Origin: Catajapyx aquilonaris
Taxonomy: Eukaryota
Direction of reading: 5' to 3'
Length of the DNA stretch: 27,687 bases
Assembly: GCA_000934665.2 (NCBI GenBank)
Contig: JYFJ02001139.1
Location: 62,001 to 89,687 of the forward strand
Part shown: in pieces, positions 10,674-24,900 of the stretch
How the letters are laid out: each line of letters opens with the position of its first letter
Position numbering within the stretch: position 1 is the first letter of the stretch
The notes under the pieces: generated by a model
Told to the model about the DNA's origin: nothing
Databases searched by the model: none
Seen by the model: only the letters and a program-made list of their open reading frames with translations
Position numbers and translations under genes: made by a program

Positions 10674-13600
10674 ATGGCTGCCAAACCTCAGCCTACCTTG
10701 GTCATTCAGCTGGGTAAAATCACGAAGCCTGTGAGTATTGCGTTGCTTGTCCGTCATTCCAGGATGTACGCTCTTCGTTTCATCTCAGAAATCGAAGGTC
10801 CCGAACCAGATGCGTTTTGTGAGTGTGGAAGTCGGGGAGCTTGAACTAGGAGAGTCGTCTCCAGTGCTGATCTCGGAGGTGGAGGAGGTGTGTCTGGACC
10901 ACACGATTGAATACCCCGTCTTCTTCAGAGATGAAGATATATTGGCCATGTTCATCAACTACCCTTTATTATGTAAGGCTATTCACGGAATGCGTGACAG
11001 ACGTAACCTGCGTTGCAATGATTTCAGTTACGTATGCGGAAATGCCTGCTCCGCATGGGAAAGAAAAGCCAGGGAAGCAGCCGGAAATGAAAGATGCGAT
11101 AGTCCTGGGGCAATGCAGCATCGATATGTTGCCTCTCATTGTCGGCAAGTTTACCGACGGAGGTTATGCTCTGGCAGTACATTAACGTCTCCGCTTCCTC
11201 AGGTGATACGGAGACTCTGGAAGGACCTGCTGTCCTGGAGAACCTCGATCCCAACATCCCTGCGTCTGCTGGAGGTTCTGTGCAGGAGCTTCACTTCTCG
11301 GTGTCTGTAATTCACCCACCGATGATTCCAGCCGACATGTGGGAGGAAGGAAACATCATGAGCGTTTGCATGGAGAACTTATTCAACACGGATGCTGCCG
11401 GACTGAAGGCTGCCAGCAAGGACTTCCAGATCATAGCCGGATCCAGGCTGCCTATGGTACGCCCACAGTTCAATTGTTGCAATTATTGGCGCTAAGCTTC
11501 CGTTGCTTCAGTTTAAACACCCGGAGCAAGAGGTGCTGCAGTTCATGAACGCTACGATGAAGGACAAAAAGTCGAACCCGGAGGACAATCACGTGAAGAA
11601 GTGGAACGCCTTGAGTCACATGGTGGGGAAGGTGGCCAACATGAAGGACGTTATGTACGTATGGTCCTACTTTCCCCAAGTGCGATTGACGGCTATCGTC
11701 TAATTATATTCAGAGACGAAGACATGACGGAAGCTGTTACGGACTTCCCTGGAAACATTTTCTTCCACATCCTGGACGAAGCCCGCCACTCCAACCGGTT
11801 GCTGTGGAACAGTGAGAAGCGCTTCTTTATGACCGGAGTCGAGCTGGAAATGCTTCGGCACATGCTGGAAAAGTAACCAATCCCTTTGCGATTGAACCTG
11901 GGGCAGAGCTAAACGGGCTGCGTGTCTCTTCATTTCAGGGGCTGGCCGTTTGAAGTGGTGGTCCAGCAGTGTACCGCTGGCTCCAAGTTGAGGAAGAAGA
12001 AAGGGCCGGACGACGAGGACGTCTCCTACAAAGTCATCTACCATGGGACGGCCTCCGCTGACCTTTCTCAGCTGCTCTTTCCAGGAGGTACTCGCCATGC
12101 ACAGTATTATTGCCGCAAAATATTCATGCCGTGTATGGACATTTCAGTTTTCAAAGTGCGCGGAGCATTCAAGCTGCAGAAACTGAAGCAGGATGGTTGG
12201 GAAGCATTGTTCGGCAACAGAGAACCAGTGTTTCCGCATGCTTTCGAGGTAAGATTTGTACCGGATTCACTTTGGATCCTGTTTTAACGTTTGCGAATAA
12301 CAAGTCGCAGGGGGTGACCCTGCGTTTCATTGAACTGAAACTGGCACATGTACCCAGCCTCGTAACACTATTCATTTTGATTCATGAAACGCCCATTGCT
12401 TGATGTCAATTTGTTGAGGCCATTCAAATATCTGGTAACACTTTAAACAGCAACCGCCTTCCGTCGGGAAAGAAGATAAGGAGGACACGAAGACCACAGT
12501 CACTGCGGCAGATACGATATCTCTCACGTACGTAGTCACTCCTCATGCTGGACGCTGGGCGTACTAAAGCCTCGCCTTGCTTTCAGATCCAGGCAAGGGT
12601 CACTGACGGCCAAGAAGATGTCGGCCAAACCGAAGAAAGCCAGCAACCCAGTGAAGGGCAGCAAGACTGCCGAACAGGACCAGAAGAGTGCGGAGATCAA
12701 GAAGCCCGCCGCCAAGCAAGGGGATGCACGTGCCAACAGGGCGAAGGAGCTGGCCGCGGAGAAGAAGATGCTGGCCAGGAAGAAGAGGGAGAGGAAGAAG
12801 AGGGAGGCCAAGAAGATGTACGAGAAGGACGTGGACGAGGGAGGCTTGCGGGGAACCTACAACTTTGACTACAAGCCCAGCAACCCTTGGAAGGAGAGCG
12901 ATGAGGACGACGAAGCCAAGAAGGAAGCGGAGAGCAAGAAAGTGGTTAAGAAGGTCGTGGAGGAGAACAAGAATGCGGCCAAGAAGGGCGCGGAGAATAA
13001 TAAGGCGCCGGAGCAGGGGGGAGAGCAGGCCGTGACTCCTCCGGTGGAGGAGGACCCTGAGTTTGAGGACGTGGACGAGGAGGAGGAGGAAGACGACGAG
13101 GACGAGGACGTGGGAGACGAGGATGAGGACGAGGGGGACGGAGACCTGGATTGGAAGAGCAGGGACGACATGTCCGATCAGTCTGACTCGGAGGACGTGT
13201 CTCCGCTTCCACCGGTGCCCTTCATTACCTTCTCCATCGAGTTTTACCGCTCTTTGACCAGCAGGAGGTCATCGGCTGAACTCGGCGATAAGTAAGCCCT
13301 TTTGCATTCCATAAGTCGTGCAGGTTGCCACAAGTCGCATTCATTTCAGGATAGCGTCGTACATCACCCCCTTTGAGAAGAAGCCTCTCTACGTCGGCGG
13401 CTTGGCCATTGCGGAGGAGCGCTTCCAACACTGCATCCAGGAGGTGGCAGACTTCATCATTGCGGTGAATGGCCTGCCCATTGTTGCTACTGACAAGGAC
13501 GCCAACAATGCCGTGTCTTTTCTTGCAGCTGTACGAGGATCCCAGAGGCGAGTTTCAACCCAGCAAGATCGAATCGGGGGAACCCGAGACCCCAGAGGAC

Positions 13601-15639
13601 GAGGTGAACCTCAAATTCAAGTACTTTCTGAACACATCGGGATACTTCACGTCGATCAAGAAGTTCGTGATGTCCGGATTGGAATACATCGTCAATCGGA
13701 ACATCCCGAAGGAATTCAAGAGCGACTCTGAGTTTAAGGTGAATATATGTCGCACTCGTGGGGGATTCACCTTTAACCTTAACCATTCTGATGATCCCAA
13801 GGCCTTCATGTCTCGGATGTACACCTACACGATAGGCCATGCGCACATGGCTCTGAACACTTACATCAAGGGCCAGATGGCTTGCGAAGTGGGGGACATA
13901 TTTCCAGCAGACGCGCAGCTGGAGTTTGCGAAGGAGGCGGCCTGCGAAGGGAAGATCAGACGAGCCAAGATGTTCTACGAGAAGGTGGGTCGCATCTTTG
14001 CAAACCCCCCTTTACCATGCAGTCAAGACACGTCCAACCTTTTTTTTAAATTTCAGGTGTTGGTCAAGTACGAGAAGAATTGCAACATGTGGCTGGAGTA
14101 CGCCACTTTCCAGCTGGCTCATGACCCCGCGAATGCAACCCATTCCATTCGGACTGCCATTGGGTTTGATCAGACCAACAAGTTTGGGTACGTGCTTTGG
14201 AAGGACGGACCTCGTTAGGTAAGCGTCGAACTAATTATTTTCCATTTGCATTACAGGCTGCTGATGCACGCCAGCATCTGCATGGATGACAAGCGATTCG
14301 AGGAAGCCGAAATGTTCTTCCAGGCAAATGCAGAACTCTACGACACCAGCGTCCTCTGCTACGTTGCCATGGGCTTGTACTACGCGTCCCAGGGGAATCT
14401 GGGTTTTGCCAAAAACTGCTTCTCGATCGGTGTGTATTGCCTGAGCCACGGGGAATAGCTGATCGATAATAATTATTGCCATCATATGTTAGCTACCAAG
14501 AACCTCAAAGGCGACCCGAAATACAAGGTCGAAATGCCGGAGCTGACTGACAGCCTGGAAATAACGTGGACCAACTGCCAGGAGGATTCCGTGTTTCTCC
14601 TGGCCGCAACCACGTTCATCAGGCTCCGGCTCTATTCCGTAAGCCCTTCGAATCGGAGCGCTCTTAGCCGATCCTAATTTCGTCATGTGCTCGTCCTCTT
14701 TTACAGCTTGCGAGTCAAGCGGTGAAGCAGCATTTGCTGTGCGTGACTGCGAAAGACTCGGAGTACCTATGCTACGTGAGCGGAGTCTTGCTCTACATGC
14801 AGGACAGGTACAAGGAGTCCATCGAGTGGCTGGAAAGAGGCCTGCAGGTCAATTACCTGGTAAGTCGCATCACACGACACCAAGGACCTATTACTAGTAA
14901 CACCCTGAACTCTCTTCAGAACGCCCACCTCTGGACGCTGCTGGGCCACTGCCACTACAAGGGACGCAAGGTGAATCGGGCCATCCAAGAGTACGAGACG
15001 GTGTTTGGGTTGAAGAACAGGCCCAGCAACCTGCACTTGCTGTGCTTGAGGTGCGTTAATTCGGATGAAAGAAAGACCGGCGTCTAACGCACTTTTCTAT
15101 CCGATTTAGGTTCGGAATCTTGCTCCAGAAGAAGCAGATGTACAACAGGGCAGGAAGTGTGCTTACGATTGCCGTCAAAAGGGACGTAAGCACTCCGTAC
15201 CTGTGGTACACCATCGGGATTTCTCTATACGAGGTGCGTGCAACCATTCCGTTCAATTAAAAGTTGATCAATTTGTTATTACCGTGACAGCACGGGAAAA
15301 TCAAGGAGGCGGAGAAGGCGTTCACGGAGGCCAACACGATGGACAACACCAACCCGAGCATCTGGGCCTACCTCTGCCTCACTGCCCACAGACTCGGGAA
15401 GAGCCGAGAGAAGGAGTCGGCCTTCAAGTTTGCCAACCAGGTTAATTGCCCCAGTGCGATTAGTTGAACCATAAATTAATTCGTGAAAAAAACGTGCCCT
15501 ATTCCAGCTGAACCTGAAGAACAAGCACCTGAAGAAGGAGCTCAACAAGCTGTACCCTCCTCCGCACATAAATCCGTTTGAAGACAGAATGGCCAAGGAC
15601 GATTGCCCGGAGCCGGAAGACAACATTGAATTTCTTTAA
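10674..15639 (+). CDS. CFAP70: Cilia- and flagella-associated protein 70 (TTC18), multi-exon, C-terminal TPR repeats
   Basis: ATG at 10674, first exon 10674-10730. N-terminal blocks VSVEVGELELGESSP, FINYPLL, KEKPGKQPEMKDAIVLGQCSIDMLPLIVG, NRLLWNSEKRFF, YHGTASADLSQLLFPG. Central FKYFLNTSGYFTSIKK and FMSRMYTY. QLEFAKEAACEG followed by TPRs (LWTLLGHCHY, AEKAFTEANTMDNTNPSIWAYL). Stop TAA at 15637-15639. Confidence 0.9.
11145..11202 (+). other. Probable GC-AG intron in CFAP70
   Basis: A phase-1 donor is needed to join LPLIVG to DTETLEG after the acceptor CTTCCTCAG. G|GCAAGT at 11145 gives a 58-nt intron typical of this genome. The nearest GT (11149) is out of phase. Confidence 0.6.
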
Positions 15640-15912
15640 GTTTACAAGTCACAGTGCGTTTATACAACATATTTAACTTGCTCATTTAATATAAAGCATT
15701 ATGTGTGAGTCCGAGTCATTGCGGGAAGGGGATGTTCTTCTCGAGACGAGTGGTGCCACCAGCAACGGAAAGGCAAACGTCTAAAAAGAAAATGTCTGCA
15801 CACTTTATTACAAAAAAGCCGAGAGTGATTTACAGCATTATTACAATTATTCTTACGTGGTACGTGATTAAATTTGTATGGGCCTACTATATGAAACACA
15901 GATGCGAATCTG

Positions 15913-18900
15913 TCACACATGCAGATTAATGTCTCGCAGCTTGGACTTCCAGTACTCGTTGGTCATTTTGAGCTCCATTGCCAAAGCTTCCACTTTGCTG
16001 AGCAGCTTGTCGCTGTCTAACGCCTGGTTGGACTCGTCCAGATCCATGCTCCGTGGCGTATGGCGAGATGACGACGGACTCTGGAATAATTACAAGCGGA
16101 AGCAACGTCATTTTACAGGATTACGGAGACGCTCGAATGAGTTCATACTTAGAGAGGCATGCATGAGGTGGACATGCTTTGGTTAATTTAGAGCAGGCAG
16201 TTCGCAACTCTCGTTCTAAATTGGCCCGCAAAACATCACTCGGGTTGAGAGGCTTTCAACTTCCTCTTTCCAGTCTGGTCATCCTGAAAACCAAGTACCA
16301 CTTGTTGCACATGCACGGTGACCAGAAGCAAAGAGCAACGTACCCAGAAGCCTGATTCGTCCCCAGTCGTGGGAACGTCCATGGTCTGCAAGGTAAGGTC
16401 GCACTCGCAGTTGTCCATCAGCGCCTGGCTCAGCCCCTCAGGAGCAGGCCCGTTGGCGCAGGCCTGCCACATGCGCGTGTCAGGCGTCCAGCTCTCCCTC
16501 ATCGAAACGTCTGGCCTCCAACTGGAACCCTCTTTATTCGCATGCCGCTCCCTGTGTTCCGTGGCCGAATGCGACCCGTGTCTCCGCTGTTCTTGGCCCT
16601 TCTGCTGATCCATCTGTTCAAAGACGCTCACGGATTAGCACCGTGTGCTCACCGTCAGCTCCACACCAACCTTATTCTGCATTTTCATCAGCTCCTCCAC
16701 GGCCTGGTCTCTCTGCTGCCCGATCCTGAGTATCTCCTGGCTGATCTCAACCTCGTGCTTCATCATGTCATTCAGGTCCGCCTGAAGGACATCCACCTTC
16801 CTGTTCAGCTCCTCCTCCTTCTCCTTGTATGCCTTCCCTTTACACTCGCATTCAATGCTAAATTGGGCCATCTGTTCTTTGGACCTCTCCTCCTGTGCTT
16901 TGGCCTTCTTCTCCATGGAAACCAGTTCCTTTTCCTACGTACGAATGTAAAGAATAATCCATTTCCGGTCACGCCTTAACAAGATGATCTTCATACACTC
17001 ACTTTCTCGAGAAGTTGCCTACGCAACCCGCTGTCGTCTTTCTGCTTCAAAGAGACGTTTAATTTGCTGATCTCTGCATTCTGCTGCGTAATGTGCCCTT
17101 CCAGGTCTTTAATCGTCAGCTCTAACGTATGTATCTGCAATACGGAACAGATAAAACTGCCATTCGCAGTAACCTCCAAAAATGTAAGTGAGGATTACCT
17201 TCCGCTTAGCCTCATCCGAGTCCGACATGCTCTTCGACCTTGCCTGCTCCAACTGAAGCACCTTACTCTGCATGAAGAACGTGCAAATTACAAGAAATCA
17301 AGCAACCCAACAGGTTCTCTCAAGCAAGGACGAACCTGCAGCCTTCCTATCTCCGCATCCTCCTTGCGATGCTCGTCGCCCAGAGACGAGACGTCTCCCT
17401 GGAGTCTTTTCAGCTCCGCTTCTTTTTCTTTGAGAGCAGCCGTCAGACGCAGCACCTGCTCCAGCTGGCGGGGATCCACCTTCCCGCTCTCCTCCTTCAT
17501 CTTCCTCGCCTCGTCTTCCAGGCACCTGCACTGGCCGCGCAGCTTTATCACTTCCGCTGCCTGGAACTCCATACCCTCCACGCTCTGGCGGATCTGGGAA
17601 TGCGGCAAACGCATCGGATAATTCCACACCCTTGCACTCACAAACAATGCAACTGTACCTGCTTGTCCCTTTCGCTTACGTCTTCCTTCAGCCTCTCCAC
17701 CTCCTGCATCAGGTATTGGCTGGCCTCTTTCTCCCGGGCCGCCACCTTCTGCACAGTTTCCAGTTTGGTTGCCATGTCCTCTAGCTGTAATGTAATTGTC
17801 GCATGTTCACGGCTATCAACAGTACTATTGCAACATGCAGATCGCTGCAAAATGTTTCTGGCAACAACATTTCAAGTTTCCAAAACCAACCGAGCACAAC
17901 TGCAATCGTAATGTCAACTCACCTCTTTGGTCTTCCTCTCGAGCTCTCGCGTCAACCTTGTCACCTCCAGCTCCATCTTTTCTCTTGCCTTCCGCTCCTT
18001 GGCCAACTCTTCGTCGTCTCTGCCAAGCTTCTCTGCGTACTCCTTTTTCAGCGAAAAGAAAATAGCGTTCGTTACATACTCCCAAAAGCACGATACAAAA
18101 CAACGGTCTTCACCTCAATGCTTTTCTCCATGGCGACTCTCATTCCGCTCTCTTCAGCCGCTTTATTCTCCATGCACTTGCAATTTTCCTTCACTCTCTC
18201 GACCTCCGAACGCAAGTGCGCTAGAGCATCCGTAGTGCCTGCCAGCTGAACGTCAAGAGACCCAATAAGTTGCAACATTAGGAAAAGTGCTTTCCGGACG
18301 AATAAGGCGTACCTTAGCATTCTTATCTTCAAGCATCGTCTGAAGCTGTTGTAATTCATCCCGTAGCACTTGGCTGACCTCTCTTTCCCTCTCGACAAGA
18401 TGCTCTATGTTCTGAATTTTCTCCTCGTAAGACTTGATCTTACCCTTGAACAAAATGCGCAAATTATGAAACGCTGGACGTCACTCTGCAGCCACTTACT
18501 TTGAACTCCTCGTCTTGTGCGGTCATAAGCTTTCCGACCGAGTCCGCCATGGCCTGGGCCGACTTCATGACCTCCTCCTGATCCTGGCTCTTCTTCAACT
18601 CTTCCACCTGCTGGCTCAGCTTCTCGGCCGTACACTTCGCCATTTCCAGCTCCTGCGTCAGTTTCCCAAACTCCTCGTTGGTGCAGGAGTGGGTCGCCCT
18701 GTACCTCTGGTTCTCCAGCTGGTCCGCTTTCAGTCCGCGGTCCTGTTCCGACGACTGTCGTGCCAGCTCATTCCGAAGGGCCTGGATCTCTTCCATCTAG
18801 AATTGTTACTGGCAATGCATCATGATGAGTTATGACGTAGCACAGGGCACTCACGTTCTTGTCAAACACGTCGGTGACGGTTTTAATCTGCAGGTGGAGG

Positions 18901-21900
18901 CTGCTGATTGTGGACTGGAAGGCGGCCGCCCGGTTGCTGGCGTCGTGTCCGTTCTCCTGCAACCTCTTTAAATCGCTCTTACTGCAGGCTGGGCAGGGCA
19001 GGCAGGTGCAATCCTCGTTGCCCTCATAGCTCTCCCTGATCCCACCGCACCCCCTGCCGTGGCTCCTCACCATCTTGTGCACCACCGTGTTCACCGCTTG
19101 GCCAGCATGATTGCAGTGCCTAATTAACAAGCAGCACTTGTTCAGTGAAACCCTTTCTCCTCTCGATTACTTTTTGCAAATGGTACCTGAGTGGCTTTCC
19201 GTTGCGGAACGGACCTGACAGCATTGGGCCTGGGGTGCGGTCCATGTGCGAGCAGACACATGCAGAAACATACGCTGAAGGGCTGGCGTAGCTTCGGAGA
19301 TTCTCTTCGGAGCAATTGCACGATGTCGGCTGGAAAAGCAAAACCAAGCGGGTGATGCATGCAACCAAAGCCTGCCCATTTTAACACCACAGATATTCAA
19401 AGTGCCCACTACATAAACTATGAAAAGGTTCATGCAATTAGCCTGTGGTAACATTTTTAAAAAAACGAAGGACACACAGAAAAGGTCGACTCCTGCGACG
19501 TTGGGTCTCTGGATGCCATGTCAGGGTCCGACTCGCTCTCCGTGTCTCTCTCGGCAGAACCGCTGACGTCCATCCCATTGCTGCGAGGGTTTCTCGTCCT
19601 CATCACTTCCCTCGACAGGTCAAGCGTCGCCTGCAGTGCCAACAAGCCACATGCCCACTGGGTTATCAAGGCCACACTTTCTCACAAAAGGCATGCGATC
19701 AGTATTAGCGCCACTATTAGACCCCCAAGCTATCTAAGCTGCACAACTGCTCAAACTCGTTCTCAACTAACGCAATCTCACTAATAGGGTTGCACTTTGT
19801 CAAAAAGACTTTATTATTTCAAACCTGCTTCTGCAGGAGCTCAATTTTTTTTTCCAAGAATTCAAACTTATGCTGCAACATTGCATTAGTCGTATGGAGG
19901 TATTGCATCTCGGCATCTCGTTTCATGACCTGTTCGGAAATCAAGAAAAGGGTGCATTTCGTAACCTGATGAAACTGTCCGGTTTAAAAACAAAATATTT
20001 TTTTTTTTTGCAATAATTCAAGATAGCTTGAAATTAATGTACGGCTTGCAACAAAAGTCACCAAATGTTGCAAAATTGCCAGTGGTGCATAATTTTTCTT
20101 TCCGAATGAATTTTTTCGTTGTCCGTGACCTTCAATAATATTGCACCGTACCTTCATCAGCAGTTCGTCAGTGTGGCTGTTTTTCCTCTGATGTGCCATC
20201 ATGCCCTGTGAAAGTGACGTGCGTTTGTGAAAGTCACACTCTGCGAATCATGTGTGCTACGAATTACCTCTGCTTTCTTCACGGCCTCGGAGAGTTTCTG
20301 TCTGTCTCTATCAAGGTCCGAAACCTGTTTCTCCCAACTGCCAGTCTGCTTGGTCACTTCTTCCGTGTCCCTTTGCAAGGTGCGGAGAGTCTCGCTCTGT
20401 CGGATGGCCTGCAGCACATTTGCAAATAATATCACGCTTGCTCTCTCACCACAGCCGTACTTTGATCCTCACCTGATCAAGGTGTTGGCAATACTCGGCA
20501 CCCTTGTCGTTCAGATCACGTCTCAAAACCCTGATACGTTCACCTGCTGAATTTGACTGAAAGAGTTTCAATCGACATTAGTTAACCGCAGCATTTCAAT
20601 ACAAATCCCATCTTCGTGCAGCTCGGGTTAGTACACACCATCTTCACGGGGGCAATTCACATCCGGCGCAAAGTGACCAAAGGATGGTTAAGTCGTGTTA
20701 CATTATTACGTGAAATATATATATTCAAAATAATATTTATTCAGGGTTCATTACAACGTCCTTGAACAATACTTATTAAATATCAGACTATCACAAACAT
20801 TTTGGTTATAGATAAGCTGCAGCAACCAGCAGTTATTTGAAACCCCCACTGAATCATGACCTTTAACAAATCATGGCGGCACACTGGCCTGCAATATTAG
20901 GACTGGTCAAACGTGACACATGAACATTTGGTATACGCATATGCAACCAATACGTTTTACCCAACTTGCATTGCAGGCGTTCACTGAAGCGGAACCACCC
21001 TGCATAGATGTCAGCCGTCTATGCTAATACCCCATACGTTAGATCATGTTTGCAGAGAGGGAGCACCAATAGTGCGCGAGTGTTTGAGCACATACCAATC
21101 CAAATACCTGACACCATTTTGCGAATGCATGAGGTAAATTACATAAGGCGTGGCGACACTGCCGCACAGAGCAGCAGCAGCCAGCGGGAGAAAGAGAGAG
21201 AAGAAACAGCCGTTGGAGCTGAGTACGGCAGACGGCTGACGGAACTTTCTCACACGGTGTTTTCCAACATTTCATGCCAACGAGGGGAATATCAGTCGCT
21301 ACGTCAAGGCCTACTGGGCCATGCTCAAACTACGCTCAGACTGACCTTTTGGTCTGGCAGTGCTGGCGGTTAGGATGGCTGGATTGTTATTATTATTTTT
21401 ACTCTGACTACGATTCTTTGCATTCAAACACGCCTCTTATTTGATGCTTTAGTTAACATTCATTTAAAATTCTCCTACATCTCCATTTAAAAAATCATAA
21501 TATTTCCTATAGCCTGCCTTGACTTAAATAACAGAGGACGGCTGGGCTGTATCCACGTCCGTAAAGCTGTGACAGCCTGTACTTCATTGTTATTGATAAT
21601 TTGGGAAATACGAATAATTATATAATAACCATCAAAGAAGTACACGTCATCAAAACCTTGCCACTGACACAATCTCTTTTAAGGCAGTTAAAGCACCTGT
21701 AAAGCACCAATATTGCCAAAATTACGCTGACAAAAACTGAATAGGCGAGGAACCTTCAACAAACAAATACTCTTTGAAATGAGTTCGAAACAGAATCCCT
21801 TCTGTTCTTCGATGTAAAATTATGCGTCAATCACACACACAAAAAAAGAAAAACCAAGACATAACTCGTCATGCGCCACAACCTGAGTCAACAAAATGCA

Positions 21901-24900
21901 CCCGACATCACAAATCCCTCCCCCCAAAACCAGCTGCCGATGTTAGTAATTCTCAACACAACACTACCTGGAAGAGAACACACTGAGGGTCGGGTAGTGT
22001 CCGATGCAGGCTGATAGTTCGTTGGTTAGGATAACTGTTTTGTGTGGCCAACACGCAAAGCACGTTGCATGCACATATTATCCATGTGCATCACACGTCA
22101 AGGACAGGGCCTTGAGCAGATCTACTTCCGTGGTTCCCAACAGAGTCAAACAGGGAATAACTCACGTCCTTCTCTTTGCTGCGGCGGATGGCGTCCAGCT
22201 CCCTTTTGGCCTGGGTCAGGGCGTCCTGAAGGTTGCTTATGGTCACTTGCTGCTTGGAAATCTGGATCAGAAGCATACCGTATAAGTAATCCAACCTGTG
22301 GAAGTCACCTGTTGTCCTCACCTCCGACTCTTTGATCTGGAGCGTCTCGTGCAGTTTGGGATCCTCTTCAGGAGCACCAGGGCTCCCTCTCGATGCAAGT
22401 CCTGGGCATGAAGCGCTTCCTATCGTCTGCTGGGGATTTTCAGGAAACCTGTCATTAACCACTGGTAGTTACCTTCGCCTTTACGTGATGAGCTCATGTC
22501 CTACCTTCGCATTCTGACGGGATCAAGTTCTCAGACACTATTAATTTTGACTGCTTTTCTTTTTACAACGAGAATATCATCGCTCCTTACACATCTAACC
22601 TATAAGCTTAATTTTGCAACAATGAAAGCAATGCAATGTGTCAACATTGTCACCTAGCAAAGTTTAGCAGGGTTTGGAAGGTGTGTCCCGATGACAGTGC
22701 GGCCATGTGACAACCCCGGTCGTTGAGCTAGCCAGGCGTTTCTCTACTACGTCAATATAGCCGTGTTTACATGCGAGCGATTTGACCAGCGATGAGACCA
22801 ATTGTTTGGGGCTAAAATATATCGTTACTTTTGCTCAGCGATGTACAGTACACCACTGCAAAGTCGTTCATAAATCGCTCGCATGTAAACACGCCGTATA
22901 GCTCACATTGTGATGTCACATATGTGAACCCGTGTGAACCTTACCATTCCATTAGCGACGGACGTTTTTGTTGTTGGGTCACTGTGCACCTTCGCCAAAT
23001 GTTCTTGCAGCTCTGATATTAGCGTACTTTTCTCTTCGACCTGTAAGCGACGCTTGTTTAGAAAGCATTTACTCAGCCCTTTCAATCATGACGTGTGGAG
23101 CTGCGTACATACCTGGTTTGATAAGTGCCTGACTTGTTCCTTCAATTCAAAGATGCTGTGGCTGTCCACCTCTTTGCACACTCGGTATGAGAGTGACTGC
23201 TCTGACTGCGCGCTGTCGCTGTCCTGAAAAGACACATGGCAAAACAATATTACGTGACCAATCCATTCCCCCAAATCACTCGAAAGTCAGAGGACAGACA
23301 GAAAAGAATTTATTGCGACTCACATCCGCCTTTTGCATTTCATGCGTGGGCAACTCTTCCGCTGCATTACTGGAATGTTCTCTCAGGCTTCTCCCTTTGC
23401 TGCTGAAGTTGTGGTTATTGTTGTTTTCTAGTACGCTGCTTTGCTCCTGTCCTCTTGTGACTGGCGTTTCCTCAGGGGACAGCTCTTTCCCTTCCTAATT
23501 TTTAGCCGAAGAGAAAGCAGCGTTAGTAGCTACATGGACTTGACATTTTTGTTCCGAGGCCGATAAGCAATTGACATAATGTACACAAGTACGTACTCCA
23601 TTTTTACTGATTGCTTCCGCTTCTCTTTGGCTTCCCTTCAATTCTTTGGTCCCGTTCAACTTTCGATTTGTCTCGCTTTCAACTCTTTCTTCCTCCGCCT
23701 GCTTCATTCTTTTCAGTTCCTCTTGCATGACCCTCGCTTTCTCCTGGCACTTAATAACCTCATGTTCGTGTTTCCCTTTCGTCTCCTGAAGCTAGAGTTT
23801 GCGTCACGGTTAAATGCACCAGTCACGATGCGAGAACTCCCTTTGTCATTACCTCCATTTCTGCCTTGGTGCAACGGTCCCTGAGCTTCTGGAACTGATA
23901 TTTCGTTACGCTGGCAGGTGCATTGTGGCCATCGAAGAGACGACTCTCCAGTTCCTTCAGCTTACTCAGCATGTAACCTGCTAACTTTTCCCCACACTTA
24001 GTCTAGGAGAAAAGACATTGCATTTGAAAAATTTATTTTACGAGTGTTCCCAAGCATCTCAGCTTACGTCACTTGCTTCCTTGCCCAAAGACAACTTCAG
24101 CTCTTGAATGCAGTGCAGATGCTGGTTGAACTGCGCCACCTTCATGGTGATGTGATGCGTCAGAACAGCCACCTCCGTCTCCAAATTGGCAATAGTTCTG
24201 AAGCAGAGCAAAGGTCATTTCATGGTAATGTAGTTCCACTGGCAAAGGACATTAAGTAGTGATCCATGAGACTTGGCATTACTTGTCCTTGTCGATAAGG
24301 CGCAAGTCGCGGTCTTCCTTTGCCTTCCAAAGCTGCTTGACATCGGATTTCAGCCTGTTAATCTTCATTTCAGCAGTGGACAACTTGCGCTCCATATCTT
24401 GCCACTCACTAGGAGATCTCAGTAGAGCATGCCTGCGTGATGTAGATAAAAACATATCAATTGTGTTCTTTACTCGCCATTCCTCCTTACAACGTACGTG
24501 CAATCGTCAATCTCTGCAAGCTGACATGGTGTGACAGTCATGAAGTTTATGTCCCTGATGTCCCAACATCCTGCGGTCTGCGCTCTCCTTATGAACAACA
24601 GCAGGGCACCCACGTCATGCCTCAGATTCTCTCGGTCCTGCTTCAGCTGCAACCGCTCTCGTTGCAGCGTCTCCAGCTTCATCCTTAGACTCTGCAAACG
24701 CCTCGATTAATCAATGTCATAACCAAACGCTGCTTCAACTGACCTGCGCCTCTTCCTGCGCCCTGACCCTCTCCGCAAACTGCTGCTGCCCATCCCGCTC
24801 CAGGTCCCTGAGCCTCACCATGCAGCTCCTGGTTCCCCTTGCGTCCCGTTCCATCTTCTCCTGCAGTGCCCTCACCCTGGACTCCGAAGCATGCTGCACC

